Of a DNA stretch of 64,000 nucleotides, positions 62,318 to 64,000 are shown piece by piece. The notes below the pieces were generated by a model. It saw nothing but the letters and a program-made list of their open reading frames with translations, made no database searches and was not told where the DNA came from. The stretch comes from Eledone cirrhosa (lineage: Eukaryota): assembly GCA_964016885.1 (NCBI GenBank), contig OZ024743.1, positions 245,892,001-245,956,000 on the forward strand. Direction: 5' to 3'. How positions within the stretch are numbered: the stretch's first letter is position 1; the number at the start of each line of letters is the position of its first letter. The translations under genes were made by a program, and so were the position numbers.

Positions 62318-62828
62318 ATGAGAGACGTAAAATAAGAAAATTATAAAATTAACTTACTTACTAAAATATCACTTCCAACTAATTAGTTTCTGGAATGGAA
62401 TAAATATATTTTCCGAAGAAAATACGGAGAATCATTCCGTCGTCAGGGAAGACTATTCTCATCTAAGTATCCAGGCAAAGCGTGGACTCTGGAAACTTAT
62501 TAAAAAATAATTCAGTGGATAGAAAATAGCAAAGTGTGGACTGAATTCCTAGCCATTGAGAAAATCACTGCCTCTGCGTCGGTGGCAAATTCAAAAAGAA
62601 TCAATCACGTGACATCGAGGTCAATCAGTGGAAAGTGGTTTGCTAATAAGACAGCGGCCTGCCTGCTACCATAGCAGCAGTCATGGCCAATATTGCTCGA
62701 CAAATAATTTGGAGATAATTATAAAGAATTAATATCTAGTAACATATATATATACATACAGATGCATATCAATGCTAGCAAATATATAGGTTTTGTCTTA
62801 GTAACTTTCTTATTTTACGTCTCTCATA
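62318..62828 (-). mobile_element. pLTR/retrozyme-like unit with inverted 3' tip (62805-62828); part duplicated at 62198-62300
   Basis: Homologous to 43015-43515. Confidence 0.75.
62372..62451 (-). ncRNA. Hammerhead ribozyme
   Basis: cttcc-CTGACGA-c-ggaatg...cattcc-a-GAAA-ctaattag-TT-ggaag. Confidence 0.85.
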
Positions 62829-62883
62829 TATATATATATATATATATACATACACATACATATACACATACATATATATATAT

Positions 62884-62924
<41 letters not shown>

Positions 62925-63149
62925 TATTAGAAAAGGGAAGTAAGGTTCTATACAAAACAGTGGATATAGGGAAAAGGTAAAGGTTGGAAATAGCACGGAA
63001 AATATATTTTAGGGTCTATTTTTCTTTTTTTTCCCTTTCTTTGATTGACATTATTGAAAAGATGACCTTATTGAAAAAATGAGAGGGACAATTCTTTTAA
63101 AAAAGAGTTTTATAATGTATATAAAGTATATAAATTATTACCGGCTTCG

Positions 63150-64000
63150 ATAATAATAATGATAATAACAAAATTATTGTGTACAGTGCTCAGGTGCACT
63201 ACAACTCATCAAAGGTGAATGTATAGTAATACATAGAATAATGTACAAATGTCAGGAAAATGAACAGTGTACGAGTCATGAAATACATATGTGTGTGTGT
63301 GTATGGAGGAAGGACATTAGGTGTAGTGTTGGCGAATCTCAGGAAGCATGGAGGTTTTAAAGGATACAGTGTCTTGGCAGCTAATAACTGATGCAGGGAG
63401 TTTGTTCCATGCTTCAGTAACTCTGAGGGTGAAAAAATGTTTCCGAAAGTCATGGGAGCTGTGCTGTTTTCTGACTTCGTAGGCTTACCCACGTGTGTTA
63501 GACACATGGAAATCAAAAAGGTGCTCAGGGTTGTTGTTGGCAAGATGGTTAACGATTTTGTGGGTGTTTACCAAATCAGTTACCAGACGTCGGAGCCTCA
63601 ATGTATCCATGCCCAGGGAAGCACGGCGTTCAGAGTATGGTAGATGCCTTATGGAGGGTATTCGCTTGGTTGCACATCTCTGAACAGTTTCCAGGCTGTC
63701 AATGTTCTGAGCAAGTTAGGGGTTCCAGATTGGTGATGCAAATTCTAAGTGTGGCCACACCATAGCTATATACAGCTTTAAATAGATAGCTGGAGAGCGG
63801 CTGACAAAGGTCTTGTTGAGTGATGCTAAGACACCCTCGGCCTTCTTGACAACGCAAATCACTGCTGACAGTAATGCCCAGGTCACGTTCACAAGAAGAC
63901 TTCTTGATATTAGTGCTGTGGAGGGAGTATGTGGACGCTGGGTTTTTACTCCCAAAATGCATGCTAACTTGAGTTGCCAGTCCATGATCCAGTGTTGCAT
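63150..64000 (-). mobile_element. CR1 LINE 3' part (decayed; continues beyond the window)
   Basis: Same RT C-terminus and 3' UTR as the other copies, with deletions. Confidence 0.9.

Overview
AT-rich, microsatellite-dense eukaryotic DNA. The SINE/RTE repertoire suggests a cephalopod (octopus-like) genome, which is an inference. No conventional host gene can be supported. Most of the window is nested mobile-element debris inserted into (TA)n tracts: Penelope-like retroelements (PLEs; RT-thumb and GIY-YIG fragments), CR1 and RTE LINEs, tRNA-derived SINEs, an internally deleted Gypsy element, Helitrons, a hAT fragment and several MITE/foldback elements. Three things stand out. (1) By eye there are about 17 intact-core and 4 degenerate type-I hammerhead ribozymes (CTGANGA...GAAA...TH) from many unrelated families. 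Most have a self-complementary stem III, one pair shows covariation, and three short retro-fragments begin at the predicted cleavage site. (2) There is a 6.2-kb palindrome of a Penelope 3' half, plus many smaller fold-back insertions. (3) There is an 8.1-kb codon-phased (GGT)n array that reads as a Gly/Ile/Tyr protein of about 2,700 aa if two 1-bp deletions are bridged. All calls were made by reading the sequence; none were computed or searched.
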